Below, one piece after another: positions 19,004 to 28,109 of a stretch of 64,000 bases of DNA (position 1 is the stretch's first letter; every line of letters begins with the position of its first letter). The notes below the pieces were generated by a model. The model did not search any database. It was not told where the DNA came from and saw only the letters and a list, made by a program, of their open reading frames with translations. The DNA is from Deltaproteobacteria bacterium (GTDB taxonomy: Bacteria; Desulfobacterota; Binatia; UTPRO1). The DNA lies in the NCBI GenBank assembly GCA_020852955.1, contig JADYZW010000035.1, positions 26,024 to 90,023 of the forward strand, in the 5' to 3' direction. The position numbers and the translations under genes are program-made.

Positions 19004-20830
19004 TCAGCCGCGGACGAGGCGCACGAGCCGGCGCTCACCGGCGGCGAGGTCGCGGAACACCAGGCGCAGGCCGCCGTCGGCGCCGCCCACCGCCACCACC
19101 GCCGGGGCCGCGCCTCGCACCGCTTCCACGGACCAGCCCGCGCTCGAATCCGCGAGGTAGACCACGACCCCGAGCTCGGGGGTCGCGGCGCCGCTCGCGA
19201 GCTCCACCGTCACCGCGCCGTCGCCCGCCCGGGCGACGCGCGTCGCCGCCCGCGACCGCGTCCGCCACCACGCCGCCACCTCGCCGACGGTCGCGAGCCA
19301 CACGCCGGGCAGGTTGCGGAGGCCCGTCAGGTGCCGGACCCCGGTGCGGATCGCCGGCGCGTTCCAGAACTGCGTATGGAAGTCGAAGAAGTAGAACCCT
19401 CCGACGCGTCGCACCTGCTCGAGGTCGCTCCGCATGGCGGCCCAGGACGCGCCGACATCCCTCCCGTCGCGTCGCACCACGTACTCGAAGTCGTCGTGCG
19501 GAACGCGCGGGAGCACCACGATCGCCTTGCCGCCGCTCTCGAGCACCCACGGCTCCGCACGGTCCTTGTCGCGCCAGCCGATGATCCAGTGGTAGCCGGT
19601 CGCAGCGAGCGCCGCGAGGGTATCGCCGTTCGTCCGCTCCTCCGGCGGCCGGAGACCGATCACGGTGCGGCCGGTGAGCGCCGCCAGGATCGCCCGGCTC
19701 TCGACGAGCTGGGCGCGCTGCTCGTCCTCGCTCTGCTCGTCGAGCGGCCGGTGGTCGTGGGTGTGCGACGCGATCTCGCTCGCCGCGGCGAGCGCGCGCA
19801 GCGTCTCGGGATGGTCGCCGGCGACCGTGGTGAGCACGAAGCTCGTGAAGGGCACGTTCGACGCGGCGAAGCGCGCGGCGATCGGCCCGCCGGCCGCGAA
19901 CTCGTGCTCGGCGTCGAGCCCGATGGCCGCGGCGGCGCGCGCCCCCCGCGGCCACGTCTCCAGGTCGCCGAGCGGACGCCCGCCGGCCCAGGCGAGCGCG
20001 TTCGCGACCAAGCGATCGACGCGCGCCGCCGCAGCGCCGCCGCCGACCACCGCTCCCGGCTCGAAGTTCAGCCACACCACTCGCCCGCGCCCGTGCACGG
20101 CGCGCGCCACGGCGGTCTGTGGCGCCGGCGCGGCCGGGTCGCGGGCGAGCATCGACCAGTCCACGAACTCGCCGACGGCCGCGTCGGTCGTGAGCGGCAG
20201 CGGCCGGTCGTAGGGCTGGATCTCGATCCGCGCGCCGGCCGGGATGCCGGCGGTGACGCTCGTCCGGCCGTGCAGAGCGACGTAGCGCGGCGCTTCGGCG
20301 GCGTCGGCCCCGGCGAGCGCGCGCACGCCGACGAGGGCGGCGAGCGGGGCATAGCCGCGCCACGCCCCGTCAGCGCCGTACAGGCCGTACGTCCAGGTCG
20401 CAACGAGGCCCGCGCCGCCCTCGACCGCCGCGGCGAGCCGCGCCACGGTGTCCTCGTGCAGCGCCGCGGCCGACGGCGCGACGACGACGGTCCCGGCCCC
20501 GAGCGCGCTCGCGAGCGCGGTTTCGTCGACCACGCTCGCCCGTCCGCCCGCGGCGTCGATCCGGCGGCGCCAGGCCTCGATGCGGCGATCGTACGCATCC
20601 GGATCGGCCCCCGGCACGTCCGCGAAGTGGCGCGCCGTCGCCTCGGCGCGCAGCAGCAGCACGGTCGGTCTCCCGCCGCCGTCCTCGGCGGTCGAGAGCG
20701 CGGGCGGCGGCAGCGCCGCGACGCCGTTCTCCTCCCCGCGTCCGCGCGTGATCAGGACGAACACCAGCACCGCCGAGGCCGCGACGGCGACCGTGAGCGC
20801 GACGGCGAAGAGCGCGCGCAAGCCCCGCAT
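19004..20830 (-). CDS. polysaccharide deacetylase (NodB-type) with N-terminal uncharacterised domain, membrane-anchored
   Basis: MRGLRALFAVALTVAVAAS anchor. A NodB domain lies in the C-terminal half (GLDAEHEF, HTHDHRP, RPPEERTNG). It is the last gene of the EPS operon. Confidence 0.75.
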   Translation of the reverse strand: MRGLRALFAVALTVAVAASAVLVFVLITRGRGEENGVAALPPPALSTAEDGGGRPTVLLLRAEATARHFADVPGADPDAYDRRIEAWRRRIDAAGGRASVVDETALASALGAGTVVVAPSAAALHEDTVARLAAAVEGGAGLVATWTYGLYGADGAWRGYAPLAALVGVRALAGADAAEAPRYVALHGRTSVTAGIPAGARIEIQPYDRPLPLTTDAAVGEFVDWSMLARDPAAPAPQTAVARAVHGRGRVVWLNFEPGAVVGGGAAAARVDRLVANALAWAGGRPLGDLETWPRGARAAAAIGLDAEHEFAAGGPIAARFAASNVPFTSFVLTTVAGDHPETLRALAAASEIASHTHDHRPLDEQSEDEQRAQLVESRAILAALTGRTVIGLRPPEERTNGDTLAALAATGYHWIIGWRDKDRAEPWVLESGGKAIVVLPRVPHDDFEYVVRRDGRDVGASWAAMRSDLEQVRRVGGFYFFDFHTQFWNAPAIRTGVRHLTGLRNLPGVWLATVGEVAAWWRTRSRAATRVARAGDGAVTVELASGAATPELGVVVYLADSSAGWSVEAVRGAAPAVVAVGGADGGLRLVFRDLAAGERRLVRLVRG

Positions 20831-20838
20831 CCGCCGCC

Positions 20839-21039
20839 TCAGCTCCGGGGAGCGAGCGATGCGCCCGGCGCGTCGGGGAGGCCGAGGCGCACGAAGAATA
20901 CCTTGCGCGCCGGGTCCTGCGCCGCGCGCGGCTGCCGCTTCTCCCGCACCCGGAACGCCAGATACGACAGCACGCCGAGCACGAGCGTCGACAGCGTCGC
21001 GATCAGCACGATGGTTGCGAGAATCGGTACGAGGTCCAT
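20839..21039 (-). CDS. small single-TM membrane protein (IcaD/PgaD-position analogue)
   Basis: 66-aa ORF with one hydrophobic helix (LVPILATIVLIATLSTLVLGVLSYLAF) and a basic tail. It is wedged between the GT2 and deacetylase genes with 8- and 33-nt gaps. Confidence 0.4.
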   Translation of the reverse strand: MDLVPILATIVLIATLSTLVLGVLSYLAFRVREKRQPRAAQDPARKVFFVRLGLPDAPGASLAPRS

Positions 21040-21072
21040 GCGTCCTTCTCTCCCGGCGAACGGTGCCCCCGG

Positions 21073-22401
21073 CTAGCCCGACAGGCGTCCGAGGCGCTCG
21101 AGCTTTCCCCATCCCATGCGCACGCCGGCGATCTCCTCGAAGGTGGCGAGCACTTTGCAGATGTCGATCAGGAGGATGTAGCTCATGCGGTAGACGATCG
21201 AGTACGGCACGAGCCGCAGATCCTCCTTCTCCGCGGCGGCGCTGAAGAGCGCGCCGATCGCGTCGAGCAGCGTCAGCTGCAACCACCAGAGCGCCAGCAG
21301 CCGCGTCGTCCCGTAGCGCACCGCGACCAGCAGGAAGAACGCGTTCGCGAAGACGTTCATCGCCGGCCACAGGACCGCCTCGAACATCATGTAGGCGATC
21401 GTCACGCGCGTCCCGAGGCGCGGCCCGGAGGCGACGAGGAGGCCGACGTGCCGGCGCAGCGCCTGCAGGATGCCGCGCGTCCAGCGGTAGCGCTGCTTGA
21501 GGAGCGCCGGCAGCCGCTCGGGCGCTTCGGTGTACGCGATCGCGCGCGGCTCGTACTTGATCTTCCAGCCTTCTCCCAGGAGCTGGAGCGTCAGGTCGCA
21601 GTCCTCCGCGAAGGTGGCGGTCGAGTATCCCCCGGCCGCCAGCACGGCGTCCCGGCGGAAGATCCCGAGCGGTCCGGGCACGATATTGACGGTGCGGAAG
21701 AACGCCTGCGCGCTCCGCATCAGGTTCAGGCCCTCGACGTACTCGAGCGCCTGCAGCCAGGTGAGCAGATTGCGGCGGTTCACCACTTTCACGTTGCCCG
21801 CGACCGCGACGACGTGGGGATCGGCGAAGTGCCGCATCCCGGCGCGCAGGCTCATCGGCGCCACGTGGGAGTCCCCGTCCACGCACATCACGAACGCGCC
21901 GCGCGCCTCGCGGAGGCCTCGGTTCAACGCCGCCGCCTTGCCGCCGTTCGACTGCGAGACGACCCGCACCTCGACGCCGCGCGTCCGTTGCGCCTCGTCG
22001 CAGGCGCGCCCGTAGGTGTCGTCGGTCGAGCCGTCGTCCACGACGACGATCTCGAGGTTCGGGTAGTCGAGCGCGGCGAGCGAACGGATCGAGCTCTCGA
22101 TGCAGACGGACTCGTTGAACGCCGGCACCAGCACCGAGACCAGCGGCGCCGCGGGATCGACCTCGGGATCGCCCAGACTCTCGAGGTGCCCGAGGAACGC
22201 GAACCACAGCATGACGAAGTAGCGAACGATCAGGAGCACGAGGAAGCAGAGCAGGGCCGACACCGAGAGGCTGACGATCGCGTTGTCGATCGCGTAGTCC
22301 TCGCGCAGCACGGAGACGTAGAGCGCGATCGCGCCGATCACCACGCCGACGCACGCCGTCACGAAGAGCAGCGGGAACATCCCGGGACGCTGCCGGCTCA
22401 T
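21073..22401 (-). CDS. processive family-2 glycosyltransferase (PgaC/IcaA-like poly-beta-1,6-GlcNAc synthase type)
   Basis: 442 aa. It has N-terminal TMs, the DDGS(TDDT) and DGD motifs and QRYRW (QxxRW). Its start overlaps the stop of the upstream TPR/porin gene by 4 nt. Confidence 0.85.
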   Translation of the reverse strand: MSRQRPGMFPLLFVTACVGVVIGAIALYVSVLREDYAIDNAIVSLSVSALLCFLVLLIVRYFVMLWFAFLGHLESLGDPEVDPAAPLVSVLVPAFNESVCIESSIRSLAALDYPNLEIVVVDDGSTDDTYGRACDEAQRTRGVEVRVVSQSNGGKAAALNRGLREARGAFVMCVDGDSHVAPMSLRAGMRHFADPHVVAVAGNVKVVNRRNLLTWLQALEYVEGLNLMRSAQAFFRTVNIVPGPLGIFRRDAVLAAGGYSTATFAEDCDLTLQLLGEGWKIKYEPRAIAYTEAPERLPALLKQRYRWTRGILQALRRHVGLLVASGPRLGTRVTIAYMMFEAVLWPAMNVFANAFFLLVAVRYGTTRLLALWWLQLTLLDAIGALFSAAAEKEDLRLVPYSIVYRMSYILLIDICKVLATFEEIAGVRMGWGKLERLGRLSG

Positions 22402-24563
22402 GAGGCCCCGAAGCGGTACCGGACCGCGATCGTCCCGCTGTGGGCGACGTAGCCGCCGCCGTTCCCGCCGCCGACGCTGCCGACGCGGCCGGTCTCTCCG
22501 TACCGGTACCCGAGCTCGGCGGTGAGACCGGCGACCTCGGCGAGCGCGAGGCCGACGCCGACGCTGCGCTCGAGCGAGCCCTGCCCCTCCTCCTGCCCGT
22601 ACCCCACGCGCGCGTCGAGCTGGAGCGTCACGCTGGGCGCGATCTCCTGCCGGACGATCGCGCTCAGCCCCTGCGTCAGATAGCGCGCCGGGTCCCAGTA
22701 GAGATCGCTGCGCTCCGCGTAGTCGAGATAGCCGGCATCGGCCTTCACGGTGACGCCCGGCTTCCGCAGCACCCGGCGTGCGAGCGACGCCTGCAGCGCG
22801 ACGAGGCGATTGCCGTCGCTGTACCCGGAGACGCTGCCGGCGCCGGCGAGCTCGAGACGTCCCGGCAGCACGTGCCGCCCCTGCGCGCGGAGGCGATGGC
22901 CGCTCAGCACGCGCCGATCGGCCGACGCGACCGTGAGCACCTCGTCGATCAGGTCGTAGTGGTCGTAGGCGACGCCGACCTGGCTCTCCGGCCCCAGCAC
23001 GCGCGTCAGCTCGACGGTCGCGCCGTGGGTCGTCCGGTCCTCGTCGTAGACCGTCGGCGCCCAGACCGCGCCGAGCCGCCAGCGATCGTCGAGGTCGCGC
23101 AGCAGGCTGAAGCGCCCGCGGTCGGCGCGGAGCTTCACGCCGTGCTGCGCGTAGTCGGTATGGACGATCGCGGCCCCGACCTCGGTGGCGAGCCCGTGGC
23201 GCTGCCGTGCCTCGACCGTCACGCGCCGCTGCCGGAAGCCGTCGGAGTCCTGCACCGCGCCGAAGGTCGGCAGGCCCTCGGCGACGCCGCTCTCCGCGGC
23301 GAGGGCCTGCGCCGCCGCTCGCGCGTCCTCGTCGTCGCCGCCGAGCCGCACCGCCGCCCGATAGTGGCGACCCGCCGCCGCGCGCGCGCCGCCCCAGCGA
23401 TAGACGTCGCCGAGCATGCGCTCGGCGCGGCCCGGCGCGGCGCCGCGCGCCGCCGCGATCTCGCGGGCGCTCTCGGCGAGCTGCCCGTCCCAGGCGAGCA
23501 CGCTCGCGCGCTCGAGCCGGAGCTCGAGATCGGACGGCGCGGCGCCGACCAGCTCCTCGTAGACGCCGAGCGCGCGTCCGTAGCGTCCGGCCCAGGAGAG
23601 CGTGCGGGCGAGCTGTCGCCGCGTCGTCGCGTCGTCGGGGCGGCGGCGGAGCTGTGCGTCATAGAGCGTGATCGCCGCGTCGAAGTCGCCCTGCTCCGCG
23701 AGCGCCGCGGCGAGCGCCGTCCGCGCCTCGCCGTCCTCCGGGCGGGCCGCGAGCGCCGCACGCGCGGCGGCGACGCGCGCGGCGTTGCGTGCCGCGCGTT
23801 CCGCGCGCAGCGTCGCTGCGCGGCCCCGGAAGCGGCGGTCGCCCGGCCAGCGCCGGCGGGCATCCGCGAGCAGCGTGTCGGCGAGGGCGAACTGCTCGGC
23901 GGCCGCCGCCGCGTCGACGGCGACGGCCCAGCGCCCGGCGTCCTCGGGATGCGCCCGCCGCTCGGCGTCGGCCGCGAGCGCGCGGTGCGCGGGCGAAGCG
24001 AGGAGCGCGGCGAGCGCCTGCCGGGCGTCGGAACGCTGAGGATCGGCCGCGAGCGCGGCCCGCAGGGCGCGCTCCGCATCGCCGAGCCGCCCGCTCCATT
24101 GCAGGGCGAGTCCGAGCCCGAGGAACGCGCCGGCGTCGCCGGCGTCGGCGGCGACGAGCGCCTCGTACTCCGCGATCGCGGGCACGAGCGCGCCGCGCCA
24201 GGCCCGGACGTCGGCGCGCGCCTTGTGGAGGGCCCGGCGATCAGTGCCGGTGCCGCCGCCCGCGAGCAGCCGATCGTACTCGGCCTCCGCGCCGGCCAGA
24301 TCGCCGGCCTCACTCAACAAGCGGGCGAGCTCGACGCGGACGGCGCGGTCGCCGGCATGCGGCGCGAGCCACGCGCGATAGAGGGCGACCGCATCCGGCA
24401 GCCGCCGCGCCAGGTAGCAGGCGCTCGCGCGCGCCAGGGTGGTCGCGCGGTCGCGGAGCGGCGGCCGCGGATCGCAGGGCTCGCCCGCGAGCGCGGGGGA
24501 ACGCCAGGAGAGGAGCGCCAGGACGACCGCCGTCCCGACGCGCCGTCGGATCGAAGCGCGCAT
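22398..24563 (-). CDS. TPR-repeat outer-membrane polysaccharide export protein (PgaA/BcsC/PelB-like)
   Basis: Signal peptide, then about 400 aa of TPR-like Ala/Leu/Arg-rich repeats. The roughly 290-aa C-terminal region alternates amphipathic beta-strand patterns consistent with a porin barrel. Confidence 0.6.
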   Translation of the reverse strand: MRASIRRRVGTAVVLALLSWRSPALAGEPCDPRPPLRDRATTLARASACYLARRLPDAVALYRAWLAPHAGDRAVRVELARLLSEAGDLAGAEAEYDRLLAGGGTGTDRRALHKARADVRAWRGALVPAIAEYEALVAADAGDAGAFLGLGLALQWSGRLGDAERALRAALAADPQRSDARQALAALLASPAHRALAADAERRAHPEDAGRWAVAVDAAAAAEQFALADTLLADARRRWPGDRRFRGRAATLRAERAARNAARVAAARAALAARPEDGEARTALAAALAEQGDFDAAITLYDAQLRRRPDDATTRRQLARTLSWAGRYGRALGVYEELVGAAPSDLELRLERASVLAWDGQLAESAREIAAARGAAPGRAERMLGDVYRWGGARAAAGRHYRAAVRLGGDDEDARAAAQALAAESGVAEGLPTFGAVQDSDGFRQRRVTVEARQRHGLATEVGAAIVHTDYAQHGVKLRADRGRFSLLRDLDDRWRLGAVWAPTVYDEDRTTHGATVELTRVLGPESQVGVAYDHYDLIDEVLTVASADRRVLSGHRLRAQGRHVLPGRLELAGAGSVSGYSDGNRLVALQASLARRVLRKPGVTVKADAGYLDYAERSDLYWDPARYLTQGLSAIVRQEIAPSVTLQLDARVGYGQEEGQGSLERSVGVGLALAEVAGLTAELGYRYGETGRVGSVGGGNGGGYVAHSGTIAVRYRFGAS

Positions 24564-24572
24564 CTCCCGATC

Positions 24573-26243
24573 TCAGGCGACGACCTGCTTCGCCGCCCCC
24601 TCCTCCCGCCCGAGCGCGCGCGCCAGGTTCTCCAGCAGCTCGTCGATCGTGGCCCCGTCGGTCGAATAAGCGGCGGTCGCGGCGCGGAAGCCTACGAGCG
24701 TCCGTCCGACGCCCCGGCCGCGCCCCGCGAGCCAGTCCTGCAGGCGGGCCGCGAGCGCCGCGACGTCGTCCGCGCTCGCGCCGAGCGCCACGACCGCGAT
24801 CTCGGTCGCGTGCAGCCAGCAGAGGATCTCCTGTCCGGCGAGGACCTCCGGGAAGTCCTGCGGCGTGAGGGCGACCGGACCGGCCGCGATCACCTCGCCA
24901 TTCGCCTCGAACCCGAAGCGGGCGACGAGGAGCGCGCAGCGTTCGGTCGCCTTCAATGCGGCGGCGACGCAGTCCCGCAGGAACAGCGCGAACGGATCCC
25001 GCAGGCGGAGCGCTCCGCCGGCCGTGGCCACGAGCCCGGTGACCTCGTCCTCGGCGCTCGCCATCTCGACCGCGATGTGGCGGCGCAGCTCCTCGAGCTC
25101 ATCGTATACGTGCGGCGCCGCCTCGGGGTCGACGGTCACGAGCCCGGTGCCGAACGCGATGCGAAACGGTCGGCCTTCCGTCGGCGCCGTCACGCCGTGC
25201 ATGCGCTCGAGCTTGAGCGTGCCCGTCTGCCGGCCGTTCGTCTCCGAGCCGAGGATGAGCGTCCCGAACGACGCGCGCTTGAGGTAGGCGTTGGCGAGCT
25301 CCTCCTGCGGCGTCACGGGGTCGTCGGAGAGGACGAGCGTGGTCGCGCCGGTGCGCTCGAGCCCGTCGACGAGATCCGTCATGAGGGGCGCCGACAGCAC
25401 CAGCCGCGGCGCCGAGCAGAGGATGGTCAGGACCGAGTTGATGACGATGCGCGTCGCCCGGCACTCGGCAGCGTAGCTCGCGATCTCGGCGGCGAGCGCG
25501 ACGACGTCGTTGCGCGTCTCGAGCGCGTACTCGAAGCGCTCGGCGAGCCCCACGACCACGAGCTTCCCCGACCGTATGTGCGGCCGGAGATCGAGACCGA
25601 CGCTGCTGCCGACGTAGAGCACCGTGTCGACCCGCTCGGTCGTCACGAGCACCGCGCCGTCGCCGCGCTCGAGCGCGCGGTGCAGGAACTGGACGGCGAA
25701 GACCCCCTTCGCCCCGCCGCCCGCGCCCTGCCCGAGATAGACGCGGCCGCGGCAGAGACCGCCGACCTGCTCGTCGAGCGGCGCGATGCCGGTCGGCTCG
25801 AAGTCGAGCGGTCGCGGACCCTCGGCGGTCGGCGCCGCCCGCGGCGTGACGGCCCGGACGCGACGGAGCTCGGCATAGCGGCGCAGGGTGCCGCTCACGG
25901 TCGCGAGGAGCTGCTTCGCCGTGAACGGCTTCACGAGATAGTGCTCGACGCCGAGCCGATTGCCGCGCTCGAGGCTGGTCGCATCGCCGAGCGCCGACAG
26001 GAAGATGACCGGCACCGCGAGGAGCCGCGGATCCTCGCGCATGCGCTCCAGCAGGCGGTAGCCGTCGACCTCGGGCATCATGATGTCCGACACGACGAGG
26101 TCCGGGACGACGCTCTGCAGCTCCGCGAGCGCGCTGACGCCGGAATCGGCGGCGCTCACCTGGTAGCCCTCGCGCTCGAGAATGCGCGAGGCGAGGAGCC
26201 TCACCTCATCGGAATCGTCGACGACCAGGATGTGGGGACGCAT
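24573..26243 (-). CDS. response regulator with KaiC/RecA-like (pseudo)ATPase domain and GGDEF-like C-terminal domain
   Basis: REC domain (ILVVDDSDEV...VVSDIMMPEVDG...LVKPF). A KaiC-like domain follows whose Walker A is GQGAGGGAKG, lacking the Ser/Thr after Lys. The C-terminal region contains a degenerate RFGFEANGE, compared with the canonical RYGGEEF. It lies 9 nt upstream of the exporter gene. Confidence 0.75.
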   Translation of the reverse strand: MRPHILVVDDSDEVRLLASRILEREGYQVSAADSGVSALAELQSVVPDLVVSDIMMPEVDGYRLLERMREDPRLLAVPVIFLSALGDATSLERGNRLGVEHYLVKPFTAKQLLATVSGTLRRYAELRRVRAVTPRAAPTAEGPRPLDFEPTGIAPLDEQVGGLCRGRVYLGQGAGGGAKGVFAVQFLHRALERGDGAVLVTTERVDTVLYVGSSVGLDLRPHIRSGKLVVVGLAERFEYALETRNDVVALAAEIASYAAECRATRIVINSVLTILCSAPRLVLSAPLMTDLVDGLERTGATTLVLSDDPVTPQEELANAYLKRASFGTLILGSETNGRQTGTLKLERMHGVTAPTEGRPFRIAFGTGLVTVDPEAAPHVYDELEELRRHIAVEMASAEDEVTGLVATAGGALRLRDPFALFLRDCVAAALKATERCALLVARFGFEANGEVIAAGPVALTPQDFPEVLAGQEILCWLHATEIAVVALGASADDVAALAARLQDWLAGRGRGVGRTLVGFRAATAAYSTDGATIDELLENLARALGREEGAAKQVVA

Positions 26244-26389
26244 GCACGCTCCTCTCCGCCGGCTGTATCGACACTCGCCGTCCCATCCTTGAGAAACCCG
26301 CGATCCGCCGTCGCGCACGCGCCACCCGGCATGCGACCTCGCACGCGATCGCTTGACAGGCGCCGGGCGGCAGGCGCGAATGCGCGCCC

Positions 26390-26947
26390 ATGGTCGTCGT
26401 CGTCTACGGGTACGAGGGATCCGGCGAGGGGCACTGGCAGCGCTGGGCGGCCGCGATGCTCGCGGCGCGCGGCGTCCGCGTCGCCTTTCCGGAGCTCTCG
26501 TCGCCCGCCGCGCCCCGCAAGGCCGTCTGGGTCGCGGAACTCGCCGCCGTGCTCGACGACGCGCGCCGGCGCCGCGACCCCGTGACGTTCCTCTGCCATT
26601 CGCTCGGGTGCTGGGCGGTCGACCACCTCCTGACCGAGCACGGCAGCGCGGGCGTCCACGCGGCCCTCCTCGTCGCCCCGCCCTCGCCGTTCCTCGTCTT
26701 CGAGCCCGTCGACAGCTTCCTGCCGCCGCCGCGCCGCGCCGACGTGTGGGCGCCGATCGCCGCGCGGACGCTGCTCGTCGGCAGCGACGACGACGACTAC
26801 GCCGGCCCGGACGAGTTCGCGGAGGTCGCTCGCGAGCTCGGCGTCGCGTCTCGCATCATCCCCGGCGCCGGCCACATCAACATCGCCGCCGGGTACGGTC
26901 CGTGGCCGTTCGTGCTCGAGTGGGCCGCCGAGGCCGGCGCGCGCTGA
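26390..26947 (+). CDS. alpha/beta hydrolase, RBBP9/YdeN-like serine hydrolase
   Basis: 185 aa with the nucleophile elbow CHSLGC and a His near the C-terminus (GAGHINIA). It is divergent from the EPS operon. Confidence 0.7.
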   Translation: MVVVVYGYEGSGEGHWQRWAAAMLAARGVRVAFPELSSPAAPRKAVWVAELAAVLDDARRRRDPVTFLCHSLGCWAVDHLLTEHGSAGVHAALLVAPPSPFLVFEPVDSFLPPPRRADVWAPIAARTLLVGSDDDDYAGPDEFAEVARELGVASRIIPGAGHINIAAGYGPWPFVLEWAAEAGAR

Positions 26948-26968
26948 TGCCGCCGAGGCGCCGCGGCC

Positions 26969-28015
26969 TCACCCCCTGCCGCGGGGGGTCGGGACCGGAT
27001 GCGAGGCGCGCGACGGCGGCTCGGAGCCGCATGCCGGCGTCCCGGGCTGCAACCCCGGGATCCGCTCCCGGTCGATCACCGCGAACAGCTCGTTCGGCCG
27101 CGCGAACGAGCGGAATAGCCCGTCCATGACGGCCGCCTGCGTGCGATGAGTCGCGAGCGCGGCGAGCTTCGTGCGCACCTGGGACGGGTCGAGGGGTAGC
27201 GAGAACCACCGCCCCGGCGCGAAGAGCGCCGCCGGCTCCGGCAACGGCCCCGGGGCCTCGGGCGGCGGAGGCCAGCCCCGCGCCGTGTGCACCAGGTACG
27301 TCAGCAGGCGATCGGGCATCCTGCCGGCGCCGCCCGGCTCGACGGCGAGCGACTTCAGCGCCGCGAGCACGAAGGTGAAGGTCGCGCAGTGGTCGGGGTG
27401 GTGGTCGAGCGGCGTCGGCAGCACGATCCAGTCCGGATCGGCGAGCGCCACCACGCGCGCGATCAGGTGGACCAGGTCGCGGCTCAGGTAGCGCGCCCCC
27501 GCCTCCCACGCGTGCGGATACGGCGGAGTGTCCTCGCGGGTGTAGGGCGACTCGTAGGGGGGGACGTGGGGCCCGCGCCGCCAGATCTCGGCGAGGCCGC
27601 CGTCGGGAAAGCCGAGGAACGTGACCGACAGGGGCAGCACGCGGTAGTGCTCGAGCGCGACGAGCGCCTCCGCGCGCCGCAGCTCGCCGACGCCGCGATA
27701 GTCGCTCGCCGACGGCTCGCGATGCCCCGTCGCCGCCTCGACGGCCTCCGGGTAGCCGTCGCCGTTCGTCACGAAGAGCACGTGGACGCGCCCGCCGGCG
27801 GCGACCACCTGCTGCATCAGCCCCCCGGCCCCGAGCGACTCGTCGTCGGGATGCGGCGCCACCACCAGCACGCGGACGCGCGGCGGGACGACGAGCGTCT
27901 CGGCCGCGCGCGCCGCGGGAACGGCGAACCGCGCGAGCACGGCCGCGAGCGCGGCGGCCGCCGCGCGGCGACGGAAGGCGGGAGGCAGTCCGAGCACGAC
28001 CGACCCTCGTAGCAC
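26969..28015 (-). CDS. PIG-L/LmbE family N-acetylglucosaminyl deacetylase, secreted
   Basis: HPDDES and HHPDH motifs. A predicted signal peptide (RRRAAAAALAAVLARFAVPAARAAE) is present. The upstream ATG at 28111 would overlap the divergent oxidoreductase start by 2 nt, so a GTG start near 28015 or 27997 is preferred. This start is not certain. Confidence 0.65.
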   Translation of the reverse strand: MLRGSVVLGLPPAFRRRAAAAALAAVLARFAVPAARAAETLVVPPRVRVLVVAPHPDDESLGAGGLMQQVVAAGGRVHVLFVTNGDGYPEAVEAATGHREPSASDYRGVGELRRAEALVALEHYRVLPLSVTFLGFPDGGLAEIWRRGPHVPPYESPYTREDTPPYPHAWEAGARYLSRDLVHLIARVVALADPDWIVLPTPLDHHPDHCATFTFVLAALKSLAVEPGGAGRMPDRLLTYLVHTARGWPPPPEAPGPLPEPAALFAPGRWFSLPLDPSQVRTKLAALATHRTQAAVMDGLFRSFARPNELFAVIDRERIPGLQPGTPACGSEPPSRASHPVPTPRGRG

Positions 28016-28109
28016 CGCGCCGCCGACCCGGCCACCATCGCGGCGCGCGGCGCGCCTTCCCGCCCCGGGCGTCGCCGTGCTAGGCCGCCGGGAAGAAAGG
28101 GGAGTCGCC

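Noticed and set aside
19035-22452. Alternative ORFs inside the EPS operon (19035..20363 -, 19331..21076 +, 21448..22452 +, 20448..21245 +)
   Set aside because: They are out-of-frame or antisense to the deacetylase and GT2 genes, which carry catalytic motifs. Their composition is artefactual.
22440-26585. 1381-aa plus ORF antisense to the exporter and regulator, plus nested ORFs 23207..24868
   Set aside because: Antisense to two supported genes, with no motifs.
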